The position numbers and the translations under genes are program-made. Source: Nitrospirota bacterium (GTDB lineage Bacteria; Nitrospirota; Thermodesulfovibrionia; Thermodesulfovibrionales; JdFR-86). Taken from it: a DNA stretch of 64,000 nt. Positions 9,640-18,110 of the stretch are shown one piece after another (within the stretch, counting starts at the first letter, position 1; the number at the start of each line of letters is the position of its first letter). Under the pieces are notes generated by a model, which did not search any database, was not told the origin of the DNA, and worked only from the letters and a program-made list of their open reading frames with translations. The stretch is from the NCBI GenBank assembly GCA_963721805.1, contig CAVRJY010000002.1, forward strand, positions 544,001 through 608,000, in the 5' to 3' direction.

Positions 9640-9682
9640 TTGTAAATACAGGTTTACAAAGCCTTTTTTGTTTAGCCATAAT
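9640..9682 (+). promoter_or_regulatory. Palindromic site overlapping a putative sigma70 promoter in a divergent intergenic region
   Basis: TTGTAAA-N6-TTTACAA (9640-9659); TTTACA(9653)-18 nt-CATAAT(9677). Confidence 0.4.
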
Positions 9683-9754
9683 ATATGGGGATAGGGGTTC
9701 TGTGCGTCCATACGTAAAACGAACATGGTTTCAGCGCATCCAGGGGAGGGCTTT

Positions 9755-11731
9755 ATGATTGACGACGACAAGAGGTTGAGGATCGGGGATATCCTGCTTC
9801 AGGAGGGTATCGTAACCCCCGCACAGCTGCAGGACGCCCTCATGGCACAGAGGGTCGATGACCCGCCGCTGCCGCTCGGAGAGGTCTGCATCATGATGAA
9901 GCTCATCTCGCGCCAGGACCTCCGCCACCTGCTGAGGAAATACAAAACCAACATCCAGCTCGGAGAACTCCTGATCAATATGGGCCTCATAAACGAGGAA
10001 CAGCTCGATGAGGCCCTCCAGCATAAGGAGATAAGCGGCTCGAAGCTCGGCGAGATACTGATGGAGCTGAACTATCTCACCGAGGGCGCGCTCATCGACG
10101 CCGTCAGCATCCAGCTCGGGTACCCCAAGATACTGCCCTCGATGTCCCTGATAGACCGCGGTCTGATGAAAGGGTTGAACTCATCGTTCCTGAAAAGGAA
10201 CAGGGCGCTGCCTGCATTCAAGGAAAATGACGTCATCACCGTAATAATGGCCGACCCGCTGAACCTCGAGATCATAGAAATTCTGAGGATGCACTTCCGC
10301 GCGGAGATCGAGGTCGCTGTCGCCACTACCGAGGAGATAACCACCTGCATCGACCTGTACTTCAAAGAGTCTGATGCAGGCTCGGGCTACAAAAACGACA
10401 AGGACCTGATCATCGGCGACACGAGGCTCTCGGATGAGGGCGACGACAACATTGTCGAAGTGCTGAACTTCATCATCACCAACGCCATACATGACCGCGC
10501 CAGCGACATCCACATCGAGCCCTCCGAGTCGAAGCTCAGGGTGCGTTTCCGCATCGACGGCATACTGTTTCATAAGACCGACCTGCCCCTTTCGATTAAC
10601 CGCCCCCTGGTGTCGCGGATGAAGGTCCTGTGCAAGATGGACATCGCCGAGAAGCGCCGCAACCAGGACGGCTTTGTCCAGGCGCGCGTGCAAAACAAGG
10701 AGGTCGACCTCAGGATTTCTACCTACCCGTCGCTGTGGGGCGAGAGCGTGGTCGTCAGGATACAGTCGAAGACCAGCGGCCTGACGGACCTCTCGGTGCT
10801 CGGCTTCACGCCTTACAACCTCGCCGTCTACCAGTCTCTCCTCGATTTGCCGGCCGGGATAATCATGGTCACCGGCCCCGCCGGGTCGGGGAAGACGACG
10901 ACGCTCTATGCCTCGGTCTATTACCTGCAGGCGCAGAACAAGAAGATCATAACGGCCGAGGACCCGATAGAGTCCAACATCGACGGCGTCACGCAGGGGC
11001 AGGTCGACAGGCATCAGGTCCAGACGTATAGCGATTTCCTGAAGGCCATGCTCCGGCAGGACCCCGACGTCATCATGATCGGCGAGGTGCGTGACAAGAT
11101 CGCGGCCGCGACCGTCGTCGACGGGGCACTGAGCGGACACAAGGTGCTAACCACTTTTCACACCGAAGACACCACGGGGGCCCTGCTGCGGCTCCTCGAT
11201 ACCGGCGTGGAAGCCTTCCTCCTGTCCTCGACCACCATCTCCGTCGTCTCGCAGAGGCTCGTCCGCACGCTCTGCCAGAAGTGCAGGAAGGAGTACGAGC
11301 CAGAGGAAGCCCTCCTGAGGCAGTTCAGCTCCTTCACCCTGGAGAGCCTCACCAGCCAGCAGTTTTTTACCCCCAGGGGATGCCACGAGTGCAATTACAC
11401 CGGATACATGGGGCGTACGTCCCTGCACGAAATACTGACCGTCAACGATGCCACCCGCGGCTCCCTGCTGCAGCGCCAGGCATCGGACCAGTTGCGGAAG
11501 ATCGCCCGGACGAAGGGCGGCCTGATATCCATGCGCGAAGACGGCGTGTTTAAGGCATCCAGGGGGATTACCTCCCTGGAGGAGGTCCTGCGCCTCACGC
11601 CCCGAAACAAGGTGGACGAGTCGCTGCCGAGGGACTTCTCTGAACTCTCCAGGCTGAGCGAGAGGGTGCACATCGGCCCGTCCGGGACCGTGAGGATATC
11701 GTCGCGCATGACCACGAGAGAGACTATCTAA
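9755..11731 (+). CDS. GspE/PilB-family secretion/pilus ATPase with duplicated MshEN domain
   Basis: ASDIHIEP, RFRIDG, Walker A GPAGSGKTT, AEDPIE, RQDPDVIMIGEVRD, CQKC..GCHEC; four (R)LGxxL..G/L..L..AL repeats at the N-terminus; GGGAGGG RBS before ATG 9755. Confidence 0.9.
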   Translation: MIDDDKRLRIGDILLQEGIVTPAQLQDALMAQRVDDPPLPLGEVCIMMKLISRQDLRHLLRKYKTNIQLGELLINMGLINEEQLDEALQHKEISGSKLGEILMELNYLTEGALIDAVSIQLGYPKILPSMSLIDRGLMKGLNSSFLKRNRALPAFKENDVITVIMADPLNLEIIEILRMHFRAEIEVAVATTEEITTCIDLYFKESDAGSGYKNDKDLIIGDTRLSDEGDDNIVEVLNFIITNAIHDRASDIHIEPSESKLRVRFRIDGILFHKTDLPLSINRPLVSRMKVLCKMDIAEKRRNQDGFVQARVQNKEVDLRISTYPSLWGESVVVRIQSKTSGLTDLSVLGFTPYNLAVYQSLLDLPAGIIMVTGPAGSGKTTTLYASVYYLQAQNKKIITAEDPIESNIDGVTQGQVDRHQVQTYSDFLKAMLRQDPDVIMIGEVRDKIAAATVVDGALSGHKVLTTFHTEDTTGALLRLLDTGVEAFLLSSTTISVVSQRLVRTLCQKCRKEYEPEEALLRQFSSFTLESLTSQQFFTPRGCHECNYTGYMGRTSLHEILTVNDATRGSLLQRQASDQLRKIARTKGGLISMREDGVFKASRGITSLEEVLRLTPRNKVDESLPRDFSELSRLSERVHIGPSGTVRISSRMTTRETI

Positions 11732-11751
11732 ATCAAAAGGAGAACAAGATA

Positions 11752-12831
11752 ATGGCACTACATCCAGACGAACTGCGGCGGTATGCCTATTTCTCGTCTC
11801 TATCGGACGGAGCGCTGCAGTACCTTTCGGACAGGATTGAGATCATAACCGTCCCGGCCGGAGAGGTGATCATAAAGGAAGGCACCGTCGGGGGCTCGTT
11901 CTACTTCATCAAAGAGGGCAAGGTCGAGGTCACGAAGCGGGGAAGCGACGGGCAGGAGGCGGTCATCTCGGTCGTGGAAGGCGGACAGGGCATCGGCGAG
12001 ATGGCGCTTCTTACCGGCTCGGTGCGCTCGTGCTCGGTACGCGCTCTCACCCCGCTGGAACTCTACGAACTGCACAAGGACGATTTCGAGAGCGTCGTGA
12101 TGTGCGCTACGGAATTCAGGGAGCAGCTTTCCAAAAAGACCGTCGGCTACACCCAGTTCAACAAGCTAAAGACGCTCCAGCCCTTCCAGCTCCTGCCTCC
12201 CGAGAAGGTCTACGCCGTGATGGAGAAAATGGCCGAACGCACGTACCCGGCCGGCTCCGACATCATCGTGCAGGGCGAAAAAGGCGACGTCTACTACATC
12301 ATCAAGTCCGGCCGCGTCGATGTGCTCAAGAAGAAAAAAGGCTTGGACGAAGCCGCGAAGGTCGCTGAACTTGCCGACGGTGACGCGTTCGGCGAGGAGG
12401 CGCTGATCCGCGAAGACCCCCGGAACGCCACATGCCGGGCCGCAGTCGAGACGACCGTGCTCGTGCTTGAAAAGAAGGACTTCAACAATATAGTCAAGGC
12501 CGCGTTCCTCGAAAACATCTTCCCCGAGGAGATCGAGCTTGAAAGCTACATGCAGGACTACGTGATCCTGGACGTGCGCATCCCGCCCGAGTATGCCGAG
12601 GAACATATCAAGGGCTCGCGGAACATACCCATAGAGATCCTGCGCGAAGAGTGCAAGGCGTTCGATCCCGGCAAGAAGTACGTAACATACTGCCTGAACG
12701 ACTCGCGCGGCATGGTCGGCGCGTTCCTGCTCCGCAACCGCGGGTTCGATGCCAAGTGCCTCAGAGGCGGCGTGAGCGGCTGGCTCGGCGATGTCGTCAC
12801 CGGTTCGGACGGCATCCAGATGCCTAATTGA
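11752..12831 (+). CDS. Tandem cyclic-nucleotide-binding domains plus rhodanese domain
   Basis: Two phosphate-binding cassettes (GEMALLTGSVRSCSVRA, FGEEALIREDPRNATCRA). Rhodanese ILDVR..EYAEEHIKGSRNIP..YCLNDSR..LRGGVSGW. AAGGAG RBS. Confidence 0.85.
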   Translation: MALHPDELRRYAYFSSLSDGALQYLSDRIEIITVPAGEVIIKEGTVGGSFYFIKEGKVEVTKRGSDGQEAVISVVEGGQGIGEMALLTGSVRSCSVRALTPLELYELHKDDFESVVMCATEFREQLSKKTVGYTQFNKLKTLQPFQLLPPEKVYAVMEKMAERTYPAGSDIIVQGEKGDVYYIIKSGRVDVLKKKKGLDEAAKVAELADGDAFGEEALIREDPRNATCRAAVETTVLVLEKKDFNNIVKAAFLENIFPEEIELESYMQDYVILDVRIPPEYAEEHIKGSRNIPIEILREECKAFDPGKKYVTYCLNDSRGMVGAFLLRNRGFDAKCLRGGVSGWLGDVVTGSDGIQMPN

Positions 12832-12907
12832 AAGATCCGGTTAGCCGGGCAAAGACGGAAGCGGCAGTCTGCAATTCCAATAGTCATAGAGGGAGAGAAA
12901 TGCGTCA

Positions 12908-13576
12908 GTGAGAAAATCCAAGAAGCGCCTGGGCGAAATGTTGCTCGACGAGGGCCTCATCAACGACTTCCAGCTCGCTATCGCGTTGGGTGAGCAAAGA
13001 CAGTACGGCGGGAAGGTCGGCACCGCCCTGGTCAAGAAGGGCTTTCTAAAGGAGGCCGACTTAGCATACACGCTTGAAGGCCAGCTTGGCGTTAAATGGA
13101 TATCCCTCAAGGGCCACGAGGCCTCGCCCGAGGCCATGGGCGTCCTGCAGGCCGACGTAGCCAAGAAATATAATGTCTTCCCCGTGGCGCTCGACGGCAA
13201 CACGCTGACGGTGGCCATCAGCGATCCTACGGACATCGCGGTAATCGATACGCTGAGGTTCATGACAGGGAAAAACGTGCGCGTGGTCCTGGCCCTCAAC
13301 AGCGAGATACTGCTGTCGATCGCGCGCCACTATGAAAATGACTATGTCGCGGATAAGGCCTTCACAGAGGCGGCCGAGACGAGCAAGGTGGTCCCTCCGA
13401 ATGCCGGGGCAGTACATCCCCACCATGCGGGCCATTCCAGAAGCGGCAGCGAGGAGCTGCGCCATCTGGTCCACTCGCTGATCCACCTGCTGCAGGAAAA
13501 AGACGTTATCTCGCGCAAGGAGCTGCTGGCCGTCCTGAGGCGCGAAAACGGGCCGCTGCACGAGGAGGGTTCGTAG
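12908..13576 (+). CDS. Stand-alone MshEN / GspE N-terminal domain protein (no ATPase)
   Basis: KRLGEMLLDEGLINDFQLAIALGEQ..KVGTALVKKG; VAKKYNVFPV..LTVAISDPTD; C-terminal LIHLLQEKDVISRKEL. Confidence 0.8.
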   Translation: MRKSKKRLGEMLLDEGLINDFQLAIALGEQRQYGGKVGTALVKKGFLKEADLAYTLEGQLGVKWISLKGHEASPEAMGVLQADVAKKYNVFPVALDGNTLTVAISDPTDIAVIDTLRFMTGKNVRVVLALNSEILLSIARHYENDYVADKAFTEAAETSKVVPPNAGAVHPHHAGHSRSGSEELRHLVHSLIHLLQEKDVISRKELLAVLRRENGPLHEEGS

Positions 13577-13680
13577 TCTCTGACTCAGACCGGCCTCTTG
13601 ACGCTGCCAGTTCAGTGCCGGCAAACCTTCCCCCTAGTGCTCCATGGGCAGGATATCCGCTTCCGTTGCATTCAGGCATG

Positions 13681-13710
13681 AAAAAGGGGCGGCGCTGAGC
13701 GCAACCCCTT
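13681..13710 (-). terminator. Terminator of the tRNA-Lys/tRNA-Glu operon
   Basis: Minus strand AAGGGGTTGCGC-TCA-GCGCCGCCCCTTTTT just after the tRNA-Glu CCA. Confidence 0.65.
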
Positions 13711-13718
13711 GATTTCAT

Positions 13719-13796
13719 TGGCGTCCCCAAGGGGATTCGAACCCCTGTTACAGCCTTGAAAGGGCCGTGTCCTCGGCCTGACTAGACGATGGGGAC
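13719..13796 (-). tRNA. tRNA-Glu (TTC)
   Basis: Reverse complement GTCCCCATCGTCTAGTCAGGCCGAGGACACGGCCCT-TTC-AAGGCTGTAACAGGGGTTCGAATCCCCTTGGGGACGCCA. Confidence 0.95.
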
Positions 13797-13801
13797 TCTG
13801 A

Positions 13802-13877
13802 TGGTGAGCCGCGAAGGATTCGAACCTTCGACCCACGCCTTAAAAGGGCGTTGCTCTACCAACTGAGCTAGCGGCCC
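13802..13877 (-). tRNA. tRNA-Lys (TTT)
   Basis: Reverse complement GGGCCGCTAGCTCAGTTGGTAGAGCAACGCCCT-TTT-AAGGCGTGGGTCGAAGGTTCGAATCCTTCGCGGCTCACCA. Confidence 0.95.
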
Positions 13878-13888
13878 TCAGAACCTAA

Positions 13889-13918
13889 AATGTACCCGAT
13901 CCGAATAGGTAATGTCAA
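13889..13918 (-). promoter_or_regulatory. sigma70 promoter for the tRNA operon
   Basis: Minus strand TTGACA-18 nt-TACATT, ending about 11 nt before tRNA-Lys. Confidence 0.6.
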
Positions 13919-13955
13919 ACTGAGGCATGAGTTTCCGGCGGCATTTGCGAATAGC

Positions 13956-13985
13956 TTTACTTTGCGATGCGCCTTTTATTATAAT
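13956..13985 (+). promoter_or_regulatory. sigma70 promoter for rpsP
   Basis: TTTACT-18 nt-TATAAT upstream of the AGGAGG RBS. Confidence 0.5.
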
Positions 13986-14014
13986 CTTCATTCACGAAAC
14001 AGGAGGTGAGCAAT

Positions 14015-14260
14015 TTGGTAAAGATTCGTCTTACGCGCCTTGGCGCACACAAGAGGCCTTTTTACAGGGTGATAGTGGCGGACTCCCGCGCACGCAGGGA
14101 CGGCCCGTTTATCGAGATCGTCGGCACCTACAACCCCATGGAGAAGCCCTCGAAGGTCGAACTCCAGCTCGACCGTATCCAGTACTGGATCGAGAAGGGC
14201 GCGCAGCCCACTGAAAGGGCGCAGAAGCTGATCGAGAAGGCCAGGACGGCGGCAGCCTAA
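14015..14260 (+). CDS. rpsP: 30S ribosomal protein S16
   Basis: [42 protein letters not shown] start 8 nt after AGGAGG. Confidence 0.97.
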   Translation: MVKIRLTRLGAHKRPFYRVIVADSRARRDGPFIEIVGTYNPMEKPSKVELQLDRIQYWIEKGAQPTERAQKLIEKARTAAA

Positions 14261-14276
14261 GTTTCCCCTCGGGGAA

Positions 14277-14390
14277 GGGTTGTGGCGCATCCGCATGGCG
14301 GCAGGCGCTTCGGTGCGTGTCAGATCCACTGGATAAGCCATCGGATCCATGAAGACATCCAGGGGGCCCTATGGGCCCCCTTAATATTTT
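14277..14390 (+). ncRNA. Candidate structured RNA (three-way junction plus hairpin), family unknown
   Basis: Manual pairing: ATCCG(C)ATGGC/GCCATCGGAT encloses a cUUCGg hairpin and an ATCC-ACT-GGAT hairpin, followed by AGGGGGCCC-TAT-GGGCCCCCT. Confidence 0.45.
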
Positions 14391-14409
14391 CCGCAGCCCA
14401 AGAACGCTT

Positions 14410-15153
14410 ATGAAAATAGCAGCCATCACGATATTTCCGGCGATGTTCCGCGCCTATATGGCCGAGGGGGTCGTGGGCAGGGCCATCGAAAGAGGGCTCG
14501 CCGACCTGACGCTACTGGACCTGCGGGACTTCACCGATGACCGCCATCGCACCGTGGACGACACGCCCTACGGCGGCGGCCCAGGCATGGTCATGAAGGC
14601 CGAGCCGTTTGGCCGGGCTATAGACCACGTGCTCTCTGACGGGATCGAGACCCTGATCGTGATGCCGACGCCCCAGGGGAGGCCCTTTTCACAGGAGATG
14701 GCCAAGGGGCTCCTGGCCGACGGAAGACGGCTCCTTTTTGTCTGCGGCAGGTACGAGGGCATCGACGACCGCCTGCGCGAGGAATACTCGCCCATGGAGG
14801 TCTCAATGGGGGATTATATCCTGACTGGCGGTGAGCTGCCTGCTTTAGTTATAATGGACGTCACCCTCAGGCTGCTTGAGGGGGTCGTGGGCGACGGCGA
14901 CTCGCTGAAAGACGAGTCCTTCAGCTGGGGGATACTGGATTATCCCCATTACACGCGCCCGGCCGTATGGCGCGGCAGGGCGGTGCCCGAGGTGCTCGCG
15001 GGCGGCAACCACAGGGAGATCGAGCTGTGGCGCAGGCGCGAGGCGCTCAGCAGGACGCTCAGGCACAGGCCGGACCTGCTGGACCGGGCCAGCCTTGACG
15101 ATACGGACAGAAAATTACTTGAAGATATAACGAAGGAGGAGCACAGAGGATGA
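14410..15153 (+). CDS. trmD: tRNA (guanine-N1)-methyltransferase
   Basis: [46 protein letters not shown]. Confidence 0.97.
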   Translation: MKIAAITIFPAMFRAYMAEGVVGRAIERGLADLTLLDLRDFTDDRHRTVDDTPYGGGPGMVMKAEPFGRAIDHVLSDGIETLIVMPTPQGRPFSQEMAKGLLADGRRLLFVCGRYEGIDDRLREEYSPMEVSMGDYILTGGELPALVIMDVTLRLLEGVVGDGDSLKDESFSWGILDYPHYTRPAVWRGRAVPEVLAGGNHREIELWRRREALSRTLRHRPDLLDRASLDDTDRKLLEDITKEEHRG

Positions 15154-15500
15154 ACCTTGTTCAGGTCGTAGAGGAAGGATACAAGAAACAGGTGACGCCG
15201 TTTAACGTGGGTGACACGATAAAGGTCTTCACGCGCGTCATCGAGGGCGACAAGGAGAGGCTCCAGCCCTTCGAGGGCGTTGTCATAGCGATCAAGGGAG
15301 GCGGTCTCCGCTCGACCTTCATGGTGCGCAAGGTCTCCTTCGGCATCGGAGTCGAGAGGATATTCCCGATGCACTCCCCGACGATCGACCACGTGGACCT
15401 CATCCGCCAGGGCTCGGTGCGCCGCGCGAAGCTCTTCTACCTGCGCGCGCTCAAGGGCAAGGCTGCAAAGATCAAGGAGAAGGAAAGGGAGAGGCGCTGA
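15150..15500 (+). CDS. rplS: 50S ribosomal protein L19
   Basis: [41 protein letters not shown]. Confidence 0.97.
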   Translation: MNLVQVVEEGYKKQVTPFNVGDTIKVFTRVIEGDKERLQPFEGVVIAIKGGGLRSTFMVRKVSFGIGVERIFPMHSPTIDHVDLIRQGSVRRAKLFYLRALKGKAAKIKEKERERR

Positions 15501-16144
15501 GCCCTCACCGAAGCAAGGCCGCCCGGCCTGCCTACGACCCTTACGGGTTCGACCAGTCCCACAGGGATCGGGGGTGCAGGTGGGTGGCCGGCATAGACGA
15601 AGCAGGGCGGGGCCCAGTCGCGGGTCCCGTTGTAGCGGCCGCTGTCGTACTCCCTCCGGGCATCAGGATCCCCGGCCTCAGAGATTCCAAGCTGGTTCCC
15701 GAACCCGAGCGCGAGCCCCTCTGCCTTGAAGTAATCTCGGTCGCGCTCGATATCGGCATCGGGGTCTCGGACTCCGCACTGATCGACCGCATCAACATCC
15801 TCGAAGCCACGCGCGCGGCGATGTGCGCCGCGATAGCCGATCTTATGTACCCGCCGGACATGCTGCTTATCGACGCGGTGCGCCTCGGCACGGTTTCGAT
15901 CGAGCAGGTCTCGCCGTTTAAGGGCGAGAGCGTAAGCGCCTCCATCGCTGCCGCATCTATCGTGGCCAAGGTGGCTCGCGACAACATGATGCTCAGATAC
16001 CACGAGGAATACCCCAGCTACGGGTTTGACAGGCACAAGGGCTATGGCACCAAAGAGCACATGGATGCGATCAGGCTGCTCGGCCCCTGCCCGATACACC
16101 GCAGGAGCTTCGCGGGGGTTATGACTTTAGAGCTTCCGTTTTAG
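15497..16144 (+). CDS. rnhB: Ribonuclease HII (start uncertain: CTG 15497 or GTG 15584)
   Basis: [50 protein letters not shown]. Confidence 0.92.
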   Translation: MSPHRSKAARPAYDPYGFDQSHRDRGCRWVAGIDEAGRGPVAGPVVAAAVVLPPGIRIPGLRDSKLVPEPEREPLCLEVISVALDIGIGVSDSALIDRINILEATRAAMCAAIADLMYPPDMLLIDAVRLGTVSIEQVSPFKGESVSASIAAASIVAKVARDNMMLRYHEEYPSYGFDRHKGYGTKEHMDAIRLLGPCPIHRRSFAGVMTLELPF

Positions 16145-18110
16145 GGCCCTCATCGGGGTCTCTCTTGACCGGCAGAACGAGCGTGAATGCGGTGCCGCGC
16201 CCGGGCTCGCTTTCCACCAGTATCTGGCCCCCGTGGCTTTGGATGATCTTGTAGCTGACCGAAAGACCTATCCCGGTGCCCTTTTCGCTCTTGGTGCTGA
16301 AAAACGGCTCGAAGATGCGCTGTTGGTCTTCCTTCGCGATGCCTACGCCGGTGTCTTCGATGCGCACCAGGACCTCGCCGTCCTGACGCATTGTGCTTAA
16401 CGTGAGCCTCCCGAACCCGTTCATGGCGTACAGGGCGTTGTTGATTATGTTGAGGACCACCTGCTTCAGCTGGTTTGAGTCTCCCTCGATCACCGGCACG
16501 TCGCCGTAGTTTTGCTCGATCTCGACCATGGTGTCCCTGGTCTGGATGCCGACGAGTTCCATGACCTCCCTCACCACGCGGTTAATGTCCATCTCGCCGA
16601 TCTTCAGCGAGCGCTTCCGTGAGAACTCCAGGAGCTGGTGGACGATCTCCTTCGCGCGCAGGGACTCCTTTTCGATGACCTCGATGTCCTTTATCACGCT
16701 GCCGCTCTCGGTGCTTTCCTTGATAAGCTCGGCATAGCCCAGGATGCTCGTTAACGGGTTGTTGATCTCGTGGGCGATGTTGGAGGCGAGCTCTCCGATC
16801 GCGGCGAGCTTGGTGGCCTGTATGAGCTGGTCCTGCGTGTCTTTGAGCTCGCCCATCTGCTTGCGGAGGTTTTCGTAGAGCGCGGCGTTCTCCAGCGCGA
16901 CGGCCGCGTTGTTGGAAAGGATCGCGAGCGTCTGCGCGTCCTCGTCCGTGAAGTCCCCGTCACGCTTGTTCGCTATGCGGATGGCCCCTACCAGTTCGGC
17001 TTTCTGCCTGATCCAGACGTAGATGACGTTGCGCACCCCGAGGCTCGCATCGGCCTCCGCGCACGGCGAGCCCGTGAGGTCTCCGTTTGCGATCACGGCC
17101 CTTCGGCTCGACGGGGCGTAGTGCTTTACGAGTTCTCCGCGGGGTATCGTGAACAGCTCGGCCGAGGCCAGGTCGACCCCCAGGGCCGGCATCTGGTGGA
17201 CGTAGTTTTCCCCGTCGATGAGCATGACCCCGGCCTGCTCGGCCCCGACTATCTCGGCCGCGCCGTATGAGAGTTCATGGACGATCTCAGCCGGCCCGGT
17301 GATGGCGTGCAGCGAGAGGGTTACGGTGTAAAGGTTCGAGAGCGTCGAGAGGTGCTTTTGCACCCGCTCGTTGCTCGCGTTGAGGGAACTGCTCATGTCG
17401 TTGAACGAGTCGATCAGCTCCACGAATTCGTTGGTGCCCTGAAAGTGCGTTATATAGCCGAGTTCCCCGGCCTTGATCCGCCGCGTGGCGTCCACGAGCT
17501 CGAAGATCGGCTCGGTCACATGCCGCGTCATGGTCACCGCGATGGCCGTGGCGATGAAGAACGCGAGCACCACGGTCAGTATCAGTATGATGCGGGAGTT
17601 GTTTATCTCCCTCATCGACTGCACGGTGCGGTCCTTGAGCTTTTCCCCCGCGATGGTTGCCATCTCCTGGGCCTTCTGCAGCAGGTTGCTACCGATGCCG
17701 ATAGAGACGGACTTAAGGAGGTCGGCACGCTTTCCGGTCGCGGACGTCGTGATGAGATAGCTCAGCGAGTCCTCGAACTGCCCCACGGTGCCGACCATGT
17801 CCTTGAGCTTGGCCGTGGTCTCCTGGTTGTGATGGCAGCTCAGGCAGCGGTTGGCCGAATCCTCGAGCTGCAGGACGTTGTCCACGATGACGTCCAGGTC
17901 GCTGCCGAACGCGGTGCCGTACGTATAGAGGTGCGTCAGCACGGTCTGTGAGCTTATGACCAGGTCCTGCCGGATGATCTCGACGCGGTGCAGGCTGATG
18001 ACCGATTCGAGGTTGCTCGTGGTCCTGTAGAGATAAAGCATCGTCACGGCCGCCCCCGCCAGAAACAGGGCGAACAGCAGCAGCATGGACAGTATTATCC
18101 GGCTCTTCAT
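16119..18110 (-). CDS. Membrane sensor histidine kinase with periplasmic CxxCH, HAMP, GAF, HisKA and HATPase domains
   Basis: Two TM segments flanking CLSCHH; AHEINNPL, NQLKQVVLN, DTGVGI, FEPFFSTK, GTGIGL. Confidence 0.88.
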   Translation of the reverse strand: MKSRIILSMLLLFALFLAGAAVTMLYLYRTTSNLESVISLHRVEIIRQDLVISSQTVLTHLYTYGTAFGSDLDVIVDNVLQLEDSANRCLSCHHNQETTAKLKDMVGTVGQFEDSLSYLITTSATGKRADLLKSVSIGIGSNLLQKAQEMATIAGEKLKDRTVQSMREINNSRIILILTVVLAFFIATAIAVTMTRHVTEPIFELVDATRRIKAGELGYITHFQGTNEFVELIDSFNDMSSSLNASNERVQKHLSTLSNLYTVTLSLHAITGPAEIVHELSYGAAEIVGAEQAGVMLIDGENYVHQMPALGVDLASAELFTIPRGELVKHYAPSSRRAVIANGDLTGSPCAEADASLGVRNVIYVWIRQKAELVGAIRIANKRDGDFTDEDAQTLAILSNNAAVALENAALYENLRKQMGELKDTQDQLIQATKLAAIGELASNIAHEINNPLTSILGYAELIKESTESGSVIKDIEVIEKESLRAKEIVHQLLEFSRKRSLKIGEMDINRVVREVMELVGIQTRDTMVEIEQNYGDVPVIEGDSNQLKQVVLNIINNALYAMNGFGRLTLSTMRQDGEVLVRIEDTGVGIAKEDQQRIFEPFFSTKSEKGTGIGLSVSYKIIQSHGGQILVESEPGRGTAFTLVLPVKRDPDEGPKTEALKS

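Noticed and set aside
11770..11800. RRYAY as a PKA-type pseudosubstrate (RRxA) in the tandem-CNB protein
   Set aside because: It sits in the ordinary first helix of CNB domains (LRRxxxFSSLS pattern), so the match is probably coincidental.
6273..12831. Cyclic-nucleotide anti-phage system (Pycsar/CBASS-like)
   Set aside because: The cyclase keeps adenine-specific Lys/Asp residues, the CNB protein has no TIR, TM or nuclease effector, and the context is pilus signalling.
1..13718. Genomic island integrated at the tRNA-Glu 3' end
   Set aside because: Accessory-looking genes lie downstream of the tRNA, but I saw no integrase and no duplicated tRNA 3' end in the window; it cannot be supported without flanking sequence.
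14311..14400. rpsP-trmD element as SRP RNA or an L10 leader
   Set aside because: It lacks the SRP GGAA-loop/AGCAG motif. The AGAC..AGG..TTAAT resemblance to L10 leaders is incomplete and rplJ is not downstream.
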